64,000 bases of DNA from Planctomycetales bacterium. Lineage in GTDB: Bacteria > 4484-113. Position 1 is the stretch's first letter, and each line of letters begins with the position of its first letter. The stretch lies in assembly GCA_037441675.1 (NCBI GenBank), contig JBBIRS010000005.1, positions 43,648 through 107,647 on the forward strand. The letters are read 5' to 3'. Made by a program: the position numbers and the translations under genes. Under the pieces are notes generated by a model. It did not search any database. It had not been told where the DNA came from and saw only the letters and a list, made by a program, of their open reading frames with translations. Below, one piece after another: positions 28,401 through 38,860 of this stretch.

Positions 28401-30038
28401 TTATCCCTTAAGTAGAATTTTATCAATTAGTTGATAACCAAGTGTCTTATCCGCAGCTCCTTGAACAGTGGAATAGCATAAAACCTTTCCCCTCTGCCAT
28501 CTTAAGTACACTTGAACGAAGGGGATATAAAGAGTGATAAGAACTCCAAGGATTAGCCCAATCCAGCCTGTAAACAAAATGGCAGTCCCAGGGTCGTGTT
28601 TGTATTGAAATATGCTAACATCATCCACCTTGTCCGCCATCTTCACCTTCACAGTGTGTCCTGGGAGGGTTAACTCAAACCACTCCTTGGGGTTTAACAG
28701 GACGAACCTTTGTCCTCTATCAGTCTTACCTACAACCTCAAAAAGACCGATGGGTCCTAGGTATCCAACTGGTTCACCTGCTTTGAAAAGAGGGCCTGCC
28801 TTTACGGGGAAAACTCCACCCTGTGGTTCGGGGTGAAAGAGAATCTCGCTTCCTAATGGTGTTGCGGTTCCTGATGTAACTTCTCTTAATTTGCCGTCAG
28901 GCTTAACCTGGTATGCTGTATTTGGTGTGACCGGGTAAGTTTCTTCTCTACCATCAAAAGAAACTGTGATGTATCCTGTCTGGGCAAAGCTAGCCTGATA
29001 GAAGAGAGTTCTTCCCACCCCTAGTGGATGGTTTACAAGTACGCGCTTTTCTCTTCGTTCGCCTTTATACTCTCCGATAAGCTCTGAAACGTAGTCACGA
29101 ACGTAATACTTGTAATATTCCCTAAGCGCGGTTTCATTCACAGGCAAATCCTTGAAAAGATCTGGATCCTTAATATGTTGGTCATACTCAATTCTAAAAT
29201 CCTTCAGAGTAAGCTTGAATACGTAAGGTTTAATGTAGGAGGTTAAAGCACGCCCAATTGGATTCTTTATCTGCTTTAAGTTTACGGTGAGGGTTCTAGT
29301 TTCACCTTCTGGGACAGGAACGGAGCCCTCAAAGCCCCAAATCTTGCCAATGATACCACCGATGAAAATTACAATTATGCTAAAGTGGAATACTACCGCA
29401 GACCATTTTCTTAAAAAGCACTTATCCGCATAAATTGAGGCAGATTCCTCCTCATTCCTAACAAAAACCCTCAACCCTGCTCTCTTTAGGCTTCCTACCA
29501 ATTCTTCAAGGGTGATGTCTTTATTGTCGTAGTGCTTGTAGCCTTCCTTTTGAGAGCTGAAGAAGATTTCTGTAAATCTGTAGACTGGTCTGTACCAGAG
29601 GGAAAGCGTCCTTCTGAGCCTTGTGATTGAGCAGACCACTGAAGATATTGCAATCCACAAGAAAACCAAGTTGAAGTACACTGTATTGTAGATATTGGTA
29701 AAGCCGAGGCTCTTCATAATTTTGAACTTGAGAGGACCGTATTTTGAGATATAGTCAGCGGTTTCTGCACCCATCGGTTCTTGAGGGATAAGAGTTCCTA
29801 TTATGGCAAAGAATGCGAGTATCATCAGCGCAACTACCGCAGTTGGAAGAGAGTTTAACAGGTATACGATTAGTTCCCAAAGTCCCGCTTCTTCACGCAG
29901 AGTTGGCTCATAGTAGACTTCTTGGCTTTCGGTTAAAACCTTCTCTTCAGCTTGAAGGGGTAATTTCCCTATAGGAATGTGCGCGCTTGCTGAGGTTGCC
30001 TCAGGATTTTCGCCTTGAAATTTCTTTTCTTTTCCCAC
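28401..30038 (-). CDS. resB: System II cytochrome c biogenesis protein ResB/Ccs1
   Basis: IIGTLIPQ, conserved His in VVFHFS, VNHPL, FYQASF and DPG motifs. Start placed at GTG 30038, just after the ccsA stop. Confidence 0.85.
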   Translation of the reverse strand: MGKEKKFQGENPEATSASAHIPIGKLPLQAEEKVLTESQEVYYEPTLREEAGLWELIVYLLNSLPTAVVALMILAFFAIIGTLIPQEPMGAETADYISKYGPLKFKIMKSLGFTNIYNTVYFNLVFLWIAISSVVCSITRLRRTLSLWYRPVYRFTEIFFSSQKEGYKHYDNKDITLEELVGSLKRAGLRVFVRNEEESASIYADKCFLRKWSAVVFHFSIIVIFIGGIIGKIWGFEGSVPVPEGETRTLTVNLKQIKNPIGRALTSYIKPYVFKLTLKDFRIEYDQHIKDPDLFKDLPVNETALREYYKYYVRDYVSELIGEYKGERREKRVLVNHPLGVGRTLFYQASFAQTGYITVSFDGREETYPVTPNTAYQVKPDGKLREVTSGTATPLGSEILFHPEPQGGVFPVKAGPLFKAGEPVGYLGPIGLFEVVGKTDRGQRFVLLNPKEWFELTLPGHTVKVKMADKVDDVSIFQYKHDPGTAILFTGWIGLILGVLITLYIPFVQVYLRWQRGKVLCYSTVQGAADKTLGYQLIDKILLKG

Positions 30039-30039
30039 C

Positions 30040-31050
30040 TTAAGGATGCTTTCCTTTTGAGGATGGCTTAGTGGAAGTGTGTTGTGGGCTTGATGCATCA
30101 GAGCTTCTTGATTTGCCTGGCGCAAAAGCAATCACTAGGGGAACAATTAACAGAAGAAACATAACAGCGAGCGTCCAGAGACTTCCCTTTCCGGAGGCGT
30201 AGGCATGAATGGACTCCGCACCGAGCGAGCCTGAGATGAGGTTAACGCCAATAAAGGTAATAATGATTCCATCGTAGGCAACTAGGTTGAATACCGCTGC
30301 CTTAAAACCCTTCCAGCCGAGAGCAAGCCTTGCATGCATATAAGCTGTGTAGATAAACCAGGCAATTGCTGCCCAGGTTTCCTTGGGGTCCCAGCCCCAG
30401 TATCTACCCCAAGCCTCATTTGCCCAAACTGCGCCGAGAAAAATGCCAGCGGTTAGAAAGGGATATCCGAAACTGGCAATTAGGTAACTGAGTCGGTCAA
30501 TTCTCTCGGGCGGGAAAGTGCTGTCGATACCCTTTACGCCGATGTTCCACTTCTCTTTCAGCACGTAATAAAGCGCTATCGCGGCTGAAATGGTAAAAGA
30601 AGCGTAAGAAATAAACATCGCAGAGACATGAATGACGAGCCAGTAACTCTTCAAGGCGGGCGGAAGTTCTCGCAATCCACTTTCGCCACTTAGGAAAAAC
30701 ACTAAATATGTAAACCCAATTAACACTAGCGCAAGAACGTACGCCCCAAACACCCTGACCTTGGTGACTATCTCAAAGATTAAATATAGAAGGATAATCA
30801 GGAAGGCAAGGAAGTGGATCGCTTCAAATAAACTTGTAGCAGGAAGAAGAAAACCTTTGTGCTGTTGCCAGTATTCGTAAGTTCTAGCGATAAGCCAATA
30901 AAGTTGAGATAATAGACCGATGCCTAAGAAGACAGAGGCGAAGGGAAGTACAGCGGAACCGCGCTTAAAAGTAATTCCATACAGGTATAAGAAGAAGGCA
31001 CACAAATAGGTAAAGTAGGCAATCAAAATATAAACAAAGCTAGTCTGCAT
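30040..31050 (-). CDS. ccsA: System II cytochrome c biogenesis protein CcsA/ResC
   Basis: WWD motif GAVWANEAWGRYWGWDPKETW; PALKSYWLVIHV; His in MHA and IHAY. Confidence 0.95.
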   Translation of the reverse strand: MQTSFVYILIAYFTYLCAFFLYLYGITFKRGSAVLPFASVFLGIGLLSQLYWLIARTYEYWQQHKGFLLPATSLFEAIHFLAFLIILLYLIFEIVTKVRVFGAYVLALVLIGFTYLVFFLSGESGLRELPPALKSYWLVIHVSAMFISYASFTISAAIALYYVLKEKWNIGVKGIDSTFPPERIDRLSYLIASFGYPFLTAGIFLGAVWANEAWGRYWGWDPKETWAAIAWFIYTAYMHARLALGWKGFKAAVFNLVAYDGIIITFIGVNLISGSLGAESIHAYASGKGSLWTLAVMFLLLIVPLVIAFAPGKSRSSDASSPQHTSTKPSSKGKHP

Positions 31051-31210
31051 AATATGCCTTTCCTCCTTATGGATTATAATATCACATAAACGTTACGATT
31101 GCCTACTATGATATTTAGTAGGCAAAACCCATATACGTCTTATATGAAAATACCACTGGTTCGCTGACTTTGTGTTAGAATTCACTTTTAGGAATTTTAG
31201 GAGGATATCT

Positions 31211-31861
31211 ATGCAGATATTTCTTGATACAGCGAATGTTGATGAGATAAGGCAGGGAGTTGAATTAGGCGTTGTTGATGGCGTTACGACTAATCCTTCG
31301 CTTATAGCTAAAGAAAAGCGCAAGTTTAGAGAGTGCATAGAGGAGATTTGCAGAATTTGCAAAGGACCAGTTTCGGTTGAAGTTATTGCTACCGATACCG
31401 AAGGAATGCTCAGGGAGGCACGGGAGTATGCAAGTTGGGCGGAGAATGTTGTTGTTAAAATTCCACTTTCCTTTGATGGATTAAAGGCGGTTAAAGTCCT
31501 TTCAGCTGAGGGAATAAAAGTTAATGTAACACTTGTTTTTTCCGCCAATCAGGCGCTTCTTGCTGCAAAGGCAGATGCGTTCTATGTCTCACCATTCATC
31601 GGAAGGTTGGATGATGTGGGTCAGAATGGAATGGAGGTGCTCTCTGAAATCGTGAGCGTTTACGATAACTATGAGTTTGATACTCTTATTCTTGCAGCCA
31701 GTCTTCGTCATCCTAACCATGTTAAGCAGTCCGCTTTAATAGGAGCTGATGTGGCGACTATGCCCTTTAATGTCCTTCTTCAGCTCTTCAAGCATCCGCT
31801 CACTGATGTGGGACTTAAGAGATTCTTGGATGATTGGGAAAAGGTTAAAGACTTACTTTAA
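31211..31861 (+). CDS. tal: Transaldolase (short FSA/TalC-type)
   Basis: FLDTAN, GVTTNPS, VSVEV (Glu), VVKIP and YVSPF (Phe); Glu and Phe point to transaldolase rather than FSA. Start ATG 31211. Confidence 0.92.
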   Translation: MQIFLDTANVDEIRQGVELGVVDGVTTNPSLIAKEKRKFRECIEEICRICKGPVSVEVIATDTEGMLREAREYASWAENVVVKIPLSFDGLKAVKVLSAEGIKVNVTLVFSANQALLAAKADAFYVSPFIGRLDDVGQNGMEVLSEIVSVYDNYEFDTLILAASLRHPNHVKQSALIGADVATMPFNVLLQLFKHPLTDVGLKRFLDDWEKVKDLL

Positions 31862-32031
31862 CTTTTCAGTTAGCCCCTGCATTAAGATGAGAACGAGATA
31901 GAGTTATCAGGCTCGGTAGTTCCTATTCGTAATGTAAATAAGCTGGAGGGTAGTTAGATCTTCTGCGATGAGAATCTTACTTTTCCGTCTTTGGTGAAAT
32001 CTGAGTTTCTTCCGCGTTCTTACTTTTAATT

Positions 32032-33582
32032 TCACCAATGCTTAACTTCCTCTAAATACTCATTGAATTTAACTTTGAAGAGTGGAGAATTCTTGGGGTC
32101 GTGGCATCTTGAGCAAAATTCATAGGTGGCTTGCGCTTCATCCTTTTCCGTGAGAGGGATTTGATTTTGAGCTTCAATTAGATGCTTGGGAGTTATTTTA
32201 TTATGGCAACTCAGGCATTGGTTTGAGTACATTTGGTCTTGAGCATAGTCATAAACAACATGGCAGGATAGGCATTCTACGTTAAGCTCCTGCTTTTTTC
32301 CCTTCAGCGCTTCCAAGGAACGAGCATGCTTGCTCTCTTTGTAAACTTCATAAGCCTTCTGGTGGCAGGTAGCGCAATCCTGTGGGTCTATTATCACCGC
32401 TGATTTGTATTTGAAGGATTGCTGTGTAAATATCTTCGCCAGCTCACCTTGCCAGGATTGTGTTATCAGTTTAAGTACTTTTTCCTCAGGTTTATAAGTG
32501 GAAAGGATTGGCAGGTTGTAGCCGTAGTAGTTAAAGTTTTTACCGTTTTCCACTATATTCACAATTCCCAAATACGCGCCAAAGTAAAATGTATTTAGCC
32601 ATAATCCACGACCTGAGGGAGCTGTTCTAGCTAAAAGCATTTTTCTTTGTGATACTTCTGATAGTGGATGAAAATCGCCAGTAATCAAGATAAAAATCTG
32701 CGGAAACTCTGAGAGTTCTTCTTCCAGGGTTTGAGAATAACCCTCCGCAAGTAAGACCCAAATGTCTGCCATATCTTGAAATCTGCGCAAGTATTCTTTC
32801 AAGAGCGGGATAGGATTAGCCAAGAAGTACCCCGCAAGTTCAACTTCGGAGTTGGTTAATGCGGTAAAGTTCAGAAATAAGAATCCGATTCTTGTGTTCT
32901 TAACTTTCCAGATAAAACCTGGGCGCGCAACCATCTCCCACTTCTTTGTCTCATCAATCTGCAAGAAGTTAGAAATATCCGCTATTTCCAGCTTTGGCAA
33001 AGGCTCAATATCTATGCGTTTACTAAGAGTATCATTACCTTTCCATTCACCCTTAGGCAAAAAAGCATTGCCTGAATAGTAGGGGATGTCTACCTCATTC
33101 AGAAGTTTTGACAGGTCTTCAGGTTTTAATGCTAGTTCGTTAACGCCTAGGGACAGAGCGTCATAGCCGGCAAGATGTAAGGCTTTTAATTGGTACCTTG
33201 CTTTCAGGAGATTGAAAGATTCAGCTCCATCCAACATAGCGCCAATATCAATAACGATAGTCGGCATCTTTTTGCGAACCATACTAATTAGCTCTGCGCG
33301 GGGAGCTAAGCCCCCCATTTGCAAAGGCGAACATCCACAAGTTTCAAGGTTGTTCATTGTGTGATAACTTGTGAGAATTGCCATATCTCCGAAGGCATAC
33401 TGCTCAATCAGCGCTTCTCCGCTGACTATTTTTTGTGGGTCAAGGATGTAGGCTGAGGCATCGGTTTCCGGTGGGGGTGGGACTTTGCCCTTAAAGCCAA
33501 AAGAATCCCTCGGGCAAGAGGTTAGAATCATCCCCAAGAGAAAAGAGACAAGAACGAGCAGATTGAACTTATTATCCTTCAC
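32032..33582 (-). CDS. Lipoprotein: UshA/5'-nucleotidase-like domain with CGC motif fused to a tetraheme c-type cytochrome
   Basis: Lipobox LTSC; NLETCGC...QMGGL; CATCH, CLSCH, CLSCH, CSRCH. Confidence 0.8.
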   Translation of the reverse strand: MKDNKFNLLVLVSFLLGMILTSCPRDSFGFKGKVPPPPETDASAYILDPQKIVSGEALIEQYAFGDMAILTSYHTMNNLETCGCSPLQMGGLAPRAELISMVRKKMPTIVIDIGAMLDGAESFNLLKARYQLKALHLAGYDALSLGVNELALKPEDLSKLLNEVDIPYYSGNAFLPKGEWKGNDTLSKRIDIEPLPKLEIADISNFLQIDETKKWEMVARPGFIWKVKNTRIGFLFLNFTALTNSEVELAGYFLANPIPLLKEYLRRFQDMADIWVLLAEGYSQTLEEELSEFPQIFILITGDFHPLSEVSQRKMLLARTAPSGRGLWLNTFYFGAYLGIVNIVENGKNFNYYGYNLPILSTYKPEEKVLKLITQSWQGELAKIFTQQSFKYKSAVIIDPQDCATCHQKAYEVYKESKHARSLEALKGKKQELNVECLSCHVVYDYAQDQMYSNQCLSCHNKITPKHLIEAQNQIPLTEKDEAQATYEFCSRCHDPKNSPLFKVKFNEYLEEVKHW

Positions 33583-34055
33583 GATTTCTTCGTCTTAAAT
33601 ACGAAATCAATTTCCACTGGGACATTGAGTGGAAGAGAGCACACGCCTACTGCGATTCTGGTGTGCTTTCCCGCATCTCCGAAAAGTTCCACAAGCAAAT
33701 CACTTGCACCATTCAAAACTTTTGGCTGGTCAAAGAAATCTCCCGCTGATGCTACAAATCCTTGCAATCGTAGAACTTGGTCGATTCTATCTAGGCTACC
33801 GATGGCTTCTTTTACCCAGCTGAGGGCATTTAACGTTGTAATCCTTGCGCACTCTATTGCGAGTTCAAGATTTACAGATTCGCCGACGCGTCCCTTGCAG
33901 TAGGGCTTGCCGTCAATGACCGGTATCACTCCAGAGAGCCACAAGGTCTCGCCCTCTATCTTAAATGGAACATAAGCGCCAATGGGGGATAGGGCCTGTG
34001 GAAGGGTAAGATTAAGTTCCGCTAGCTTGTCTTCTACTCTTTTTTGGTTCATCAT
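33579..34055 (-). CDS. RidA/YjgF family protein
   Basis: GAYVP, LSGVIP, NGASDLL.ELFG..GKHTR.AVGV.SLP motifs. Confidence 0.92.
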   Translation of the reverse strand: MMNQKRVEDKLAELNLTLPQALSPIGAYVPFKIEGETLWLSGVIPVIDGKPYCKGRVGESVNLELAIECARITTLNALSWVKEAIGSLDRIDQVLRLQGFVASAGDFFDQPKVLNGASDLLVELFGDAGKHTRIAVGVCSLPLNVPVEIDFVFKTKKS

Positions 34056-34128
34056 TTCATTATACCAATGTTCCTTCCTTATCTGCGTCTAGTCAGTTCA
34101 GAAGAGCGAAGATGCTAAAATTTAAGGA

Positions 34129-35325
34129 GTGAAGCTTGGAATCTCAATGCTTCCAATTCATACGCCCGGGGGGATTGGGCGATACACGAGAATTCTTGGC
34201 GCAATTCTCCTGACAAAGTACGAGGATGAACTATTCTTATTTCTCCAAAAGCCCTCCGACCTGGATTTTATTCTCTCTGAGCTTCCTGAAGAGGAGAGAA
34301 AATCCTTTCGCCTTAAACCGACAACTCATCTAATTTATAGCAATTATCCTAACGTCTTAAGATTCTTGCTCAACCAGTGGGAAATACCGCTTAGATTCAA
34401 AGAACTACCACTGGATATTTATCTTGATGCGGATATTATTCTTCCACCTTTGAGAGGACCCAAAACTCTCATTGTCGTTCACGACACCACCCCATTCAAT
34501 AAGCCTCATCTTTTGGGCTTAAAAGCGCGAATTATCTACACCCTCGTTGGAAGAAAATCACTCACGAATACCAGCGGAATTATATGTGTCAGTGAGTATA
34601 CTAAGCATCAGCTTGTCAAGCTATTTCCAGGATTTTCACATAAGACCAAAGTCCTCAACTCTTGCCTTTCTCCTAAGTTTTATGCTTGGTCTAGCACAAG
34701 CTACCAGTATTATGAGGAGATTACAGTGCAAACAGAGCATGGTGGTGTCCTTGTTAGATGTCCCTTTATTCTCTTTGTAGGTAGAGAAGGTCAAAGAAAG
34801 AATATATCTACTTTAGTTGAAGCCTTTATGCAACTTCGGCAGAAAGGTTATAAACACTCCTTGGTTATGGTTGGAGGAAAAGCTGAGAAACCAGCCATGC
34901 TCAAAGCGTCTTTAACCCCCTATGCGGTCCCAACGGGGACAAATCTTGAGCTTCCATCATCAAGTCCGCCAATAATTCGCCTAGGCAGGGTAACGGATGA
35001 AGATTTGGTTCAGCTATACAGGCATGCTGATCTTGTTGCTTTAATATCCTTGGAAGAAGGATTTGGCTACCCCGCCCTTGAAGCTATCGCGTTCCGCACA
35101 CCCGCACTCGTTCCAGAAGTCTCGCCAATGTCAGAGTTTGATGAAAGGTGTCTTGTAAAAGTTTCTAACACAATGGATGCTCAATTGGTGGCTCAAAAGA
35201 TGGAAGAAGTATTAAGGCGCGCTGGAGAGTTTAGTCTAGGCGCCTGGACATCATCCAATCGTGAAAAGTACTCTCCAGAGAGATACTTCAAGGACTTGAT
35301 GGAAATTCTCTGCGAGAATAGCTAG
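34129..35325 (+). CDS. GT4 family glycosyltransferase
   Basis: GGIGRY, VVHD, VSEYTK, RKN and EEGFGYPALEA motifs. Confidence 0.9.
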   Translation: MKLGISMLPIHTPGGIGRYTRILGAILLTKYEDELFLFLQKPSDLDFILSELPEEERKSFRLKPTTHLIYSNYPNVLRFLLNQWEIPLRFKELPLDIYLDADIILPPLRGPKTLIVVHDTTPFNKPHLLGLKARIIYTLVGRKSLTNTSGIICVSEYTKHQLVKLFPGFSHKTKVLNSCLSPKFYAWSSTSYQYYEEITVQTEHGGVLVRCPFILFVGREGQRKNISTLVEAFMQLRQKGYKHSLVMVGGKAEKPAMLKASLTPYAVPTGTNLELPSSSPPIIRLGRVTDEDLVQLYRHADLVALISLEEGFGYPALEAIAFRTPALVPEVSPMSEFDERCLVKVSNTMDAQLVAQKMEEVLRRAGEFSLGAWTSSNREKYSPERYFKDLMEILCENS

Positions 35326-35421
35326 GGAAATTACTGATTCAAAGGATTTTCAGACTGTTTAGAGTTGTCTCTATTGTCCTGTAAGTGTAGTTTAGCTATC
35401 TCAATGTTATAATTTGTTGCT

Positions 35422-37158
35422 GTGTCCATAGAGGAAGCCCAAACAAACAGAGCGACCTTGACTGTTTGTGCGTTAACCATTTCAACACTATTTCTGGTAT
35501 TGGCAGGATTCTTTTTTCTAGGCTCCTGTCGAGATAAAGAAGGAAACAAGGTTGAAATTCCAAAGGAGCGGATGCGTGGAACGATAAGGCTTCCGCTCAA
35601 TTCTGATATACCTACTCTTGACCCAATACATATTATTGATGTAAGAAGCGCGGCGGTAGCACGCCAGATTTTCTCAACGCTTATCCGATTTGATTCGGAG
35701 CTAAGGCTTATTCCTGATGTTGCAGAGAGCTGGGAGGTATCTGAGGATAAGCTTAGATTTAGGTTTAAGCTTAGAAGAGGCGTTAAATTCCACAATGGAA
35801 GGGAAGTTAAAGCGGAGGATTTTGTTTATTCCTTTAACAGGCTAGCGAACCCGAAAAATTTAAGCGAAAGAGCCACTTTGTTAAGGGATGTTGTGGGTTT
35901 TGAGGAGTTTCTGCAGGGCAAGGCGGATTCGCTTGTTGGTGTCCAGGCGATTTCAGATTATGAGCTTGAAATCAAACTGCAGAGACCATACGTGCCATTC
36001 CTTTCTTCACTGGCAATTATTAACTTTGCGGTTGTTCCAAAGGAGGAGGTGGAAAAGGCTGAAGCCAAAGTCAAGGGTAGTTTCTCAAAACAACCAATTG
36101 GATCTGGTCCATTCAAGCTGGCTGAGTGGTTGCCTGATTCTTACATCCGAATTGAGGCAAACGCGGATTATTTTCGTGGTCCTCCACGAGTAAAAAGCAT
36201 TGTTTACAAGGTTATCCCGGACTTAACGACTCAATTTGAAGCTTACAAGAACGATGAGATTGATACCAGCGGTGTTCCAATCGGTAATTTGCATAGGGTA
36301 ATGGCGGATAAGCAACTTGCCAAAGAGCTTCATCGCCAATCACTTCTTGTTATCCAGTACTATGTGTTTAATTTGGAAAAGCCACCCTTTAAGGATATTC
36401 TCTTTGAGAGCAAGAAACCATTAAGGCAGGCGATAAATTACGCCATTGATAGAGATTACATTTGTCGGGAGATACTGGAGGAGAGGTATCAGCCCTTTGT
36501 CGGAATAATACCGCCGGCGTTAAGTGAATGGTACAACCCGGAAAACCGCTACAATCCACGATACAAGTACGATGTGGACAAGGCAAGGGAGCTGATGGAA
36601 AAAGCGGGGTATCCACAGGGCCTATTTCTTCCAAAGTTCGAGATGTTCTACAACAACTTTGCGGAGTATCCCGAGATAGCGCTTCAGGTAGCTGATTTTC
36701 TTGCTGATGTTTCTATAAAAGTTGAGCCTAGAGTTCTTGAATGGGCAACTTTCCTGGACACGATGCAAAATGGCGATTTTGTATTTGGAAGGTCGGGTTG
36801 GGTAGCGGATTTTCCTGACCCGGACAATTTTCTCTGGCAACTCTTATCATCTGAAAACTTAGGACCTCTTGGTAACTGGGCAAGGTTTAAGAATGAAGAA
36901 TTTGACAAGTTGGTTCGCCAGGCACGGGTTGAGCCTGATAAAGAGAAGCGCAAAATTCTTTACTGGCAGGCGGAAAAGATAGCGCTTGAAGAGGCGCCTT
37001 GGCTTTTCCTATTCACTCAGGTTAACAATGTTCTTATTAAACCATGGATAAGGGGTGTAAAGCCATCGGGGATGGATGTTGACGCTAGCCTGCCTAATGT
37101 TGATTTCGCTGAGGTTTACATTTCGGAGGAGAAGAAAAAGGAGATAGATGATAGCTGA
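35422..37158 (+). CDS. Peptide/nickel ABC transporter substrate-binding lipoprotein (family 5)
   Basis: Lipobox LGSC; PTLDP, LRRGVKFHNG, GSGPFK and GWVADFPDPDNFL motifs. Confidence 0.92.
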   Translation: MSIEEAQTNRATLTVCALTISTLFLVLAGFFFLGSCRDKEGNKVEIPKERMRGTIRLPLNSDIPTLDPIHIIDVRSAAVARQIFSTLIRFDSELRLIPDVAESWEVSEDKLRFRFKLRRGVKFHNGREVKAEDFVYSFNRLANPKNLSERATLLRDVVGFEEFLQGKADSLVGVQAISDYELEIKLQRPYVPFLSSLAIINFAVVPKEEVEKAEAKVKGSFSKQPIGSGPFKLAEWLPDSYIRIEANADYFRGPPRVKSIVYKVIPDLTTQFEAYKNDEIDTSGVPIGNLHRVMADKQLAKELHRQSLLVIQYYVFNLEKPPFKDILFESKKPLRQAINYAIDRDYICREILEERYQPFVGIIPPALSEWYNPENRYNPRYKYDVDKARELMEKAGYPQGLFLPKFEMFYNNFAEYPEIALQVADFLADVSIKVEPRVLEWATFLDTMQNGDFVFGRSGWVADFPDPDNFLWQLLSSENLGPLGNWARFKNEEFDKLVRQARVEPDKEKRKILYWQAEKIALEEAPWLFLFTQVNNVLIKPWIRGVKPSGMDVDASLPNVDFAEVYISEEKKKEIDDS

Positions 37159-37188
37159 AAGTATGAGGTTTATTACGGGGAATTTTCG

Positions 37189-38829
37189 ATGAAGAATACT
37201 TGGCTAAATGTAATTTTGACGTCAGTTTTCTTTGCCATAACCATCGGTTGTCAGCCTGCAAAAAAATCAAAAGAGGTTCCAGTTGAGGCTGAATTTCCTC
37301 CTAAACCTGCGGTGGAGAGCGTTTACAGATTTCCTCTTCCTGCAGACCCGCCGACCCTTGACCCGGCTCACGTTACCGATACAGTTAGTGACACGGTTGC
37401 TAGAAGAATTTTTGAGGGGCTGGTGAAGTTTTCGCCAGATCTTAAAATTGTTCCCTCCCTCGCGGAGAACTGGAGCATAAGCGAGGATGGTCGTATCTAC
37501 AAGTTCTACCTGAGGAAAGGTGTGAAGTTTCACAATGGGCGTGAAGTGACTGCGGAGGACTTTGTTTTTAGCTTTAAGCGTGTATTGGCACCAAAAACCA
37601 AGAGCGAGCGGGCTCAGATGCTATTTCCTGTGAAGGGCGCTTATGAATTTTTTAACGGTAAGACGAATGAAGTGGAGGGCATTGAAGCTACTGATCCTCT
37701 CACTCTGAAGATTACCCTCAAGGAGGTTTACGCACCATTTTTATCTGTTCTGGCAATGGTGAATTTTTCGGTGGTTCCCAAAGAGGAGGTTGATGCTGAA
37801 AGCACAAACTTGAATCAGCGATTTGTGGGGACGGGTCCATTCGTTTTTGAGAGCTGGGAAAGGGATAACGAAATTGTTCTCAAGTCAAACAAGTCTTACT
37901 GGGATGGCGAACCACCTCTAAACGCAGTCATATTCAGAATCATTCCCGATGAAAATACACGCTACCAGGCATTTCTTAGGGGAGAACTGGAGCACAGCGA
38001 CATTCCATTTGGAAAAATGAAAGAAATAAGTTCCAATCCTGAACTAAGCAAGTTAGTTAGGGGAGTTTCCGCAATGGATATGTACTGCTATGGGTTTAAC
38101 GTTCAGAAGCCACCGTTTAACAACAAGTATGTTAGGCTTGCCTTCAATCATGCGGTGGACAAAGAAGCCATTATAACTAACATCCTTGAGGGAAGGGGAG
38201 AAGTCCAGAAGACCTATGTACCCAAAGGTATGTTCTACTACAAAAATGAGAGCGCTGGTTATCCGTATGACCCGCTGAAAGCTCAAAAGTACCTTGAGCT
38301 TGCGGGATACAAAATGGGCGCTGGTCTGCCTGAGATAGTGCTGAATATTGACCAGCAGCAACTAAGTAGACAAATAGCTCAGTTTGTCCAGGAGGATTTA
38401 AGAAAAATCGGCGTCAAAGTTAGAATTGAGCAAAATGACTGGAGCACCTTTTTGGATAGGGTTTACTCTGGAGAGCTTTCATTCCATCAAAACACATGGC
38501 TGGCGGATTACCCCGATCCTGACAATTGGCTTTTTGTCCTGCTTGAATCTACGCAGGCGGGAGCTCCCGGCAACATCACCCGTTTTTCTCACAAGCAGTT
38601 TGATGACTACGTGGGCAAGGCAAGGAGAACCGTTGACGAGAATGAACGCATTCGGCTTTATGGAAAAGCTGAAGATATTGCTCTGTCAGCCGCGCCATGG
38701 CTATTTTTGTATTGGCGAAAGAACTTCACCCTAGTTCAACCGTACGTAAAGGGTTTAGTTATCACTGCAATGGATAGAACTCCTCAGCTAAACAATTCTC
38801 CACTTGCGAAAGTATCGGTAGATAGATGA
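37189..38829 (+). CDS. Peptide/nickel ABC transporter substrate-binding lipoprotein (paralog 2)
   Basis: Lipobox IGC; PTLDP, LRKGVKFHNG, GTGPF and WLADYPDPDNWL motifs. Confidence 0.92.
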   Translation: MKNTWLNVILTSVFFAITIGCQPAKKSKEVPVEAEFPPKPAVESVYRFPLPADPPTLDPAHVTDTVSDTVARRIFEGLVKFSPDLKIVPSLAENWSISEDGRIYKFYLRKGVKFHNGREVTAEDFVFSFKRVLAPKTKSERAQMLFPVKGAYEFFNGKTNEVEGIEATDPLTLKITLKEVYAPFLSVLAMVNFSVVPKEEVDAESTNLNQRFVGTGPFVFESWERDNEIVLKSNKSYWDGEPPLNAVIFRIIPDENTRYQAFLRGELEHSDIPFGKMKEISSNPELSKLVRGVSAMDMYCYGFNVQKPPFNNKYVRLAFNHAVDKEAIITNILEGRGEVQKTYVPKGMFYYKNESAGYPYDPLKAQKYLELAGYKMGAGLPEIVLNIDQQQLSRQIAQFVQEDLRKIGVKVRIEQNDWSTFLDRVYSGELSFHQNTWLADYPDPDNWLFVLLESTQAGAPGNITRFSHKQFDDYVGKARRTVDENERIRLYGKAEDIALSAAPWLFLYWRKNFTLVQPYVKGLVITAMDRTPQLNNSPLAKVSVDR

Positions 38830-38860
38830 TATTGGCACTTGCACAGGATAATTCTAACAA

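Noticed and set aside
30039..30131. 92-nt overlap between ccsA and resB in the ORF track
   Set aside because: An in-frame GTG at 30038 just after the ccsA stop removes the overlap.
33331..33339. Selenocysteine in the CGC motif of the multiheme lipoprotein
   Set aside because: Both Cys codons are TGT.
31093..35795. Long antisense ORFs such as 31093-31548 and 35331-35795, and the many other short shadow ORFs in the track
   Set aside because: They lie opposite or within well-supported genes, have shadow-frame-like composition and show no family motifs.
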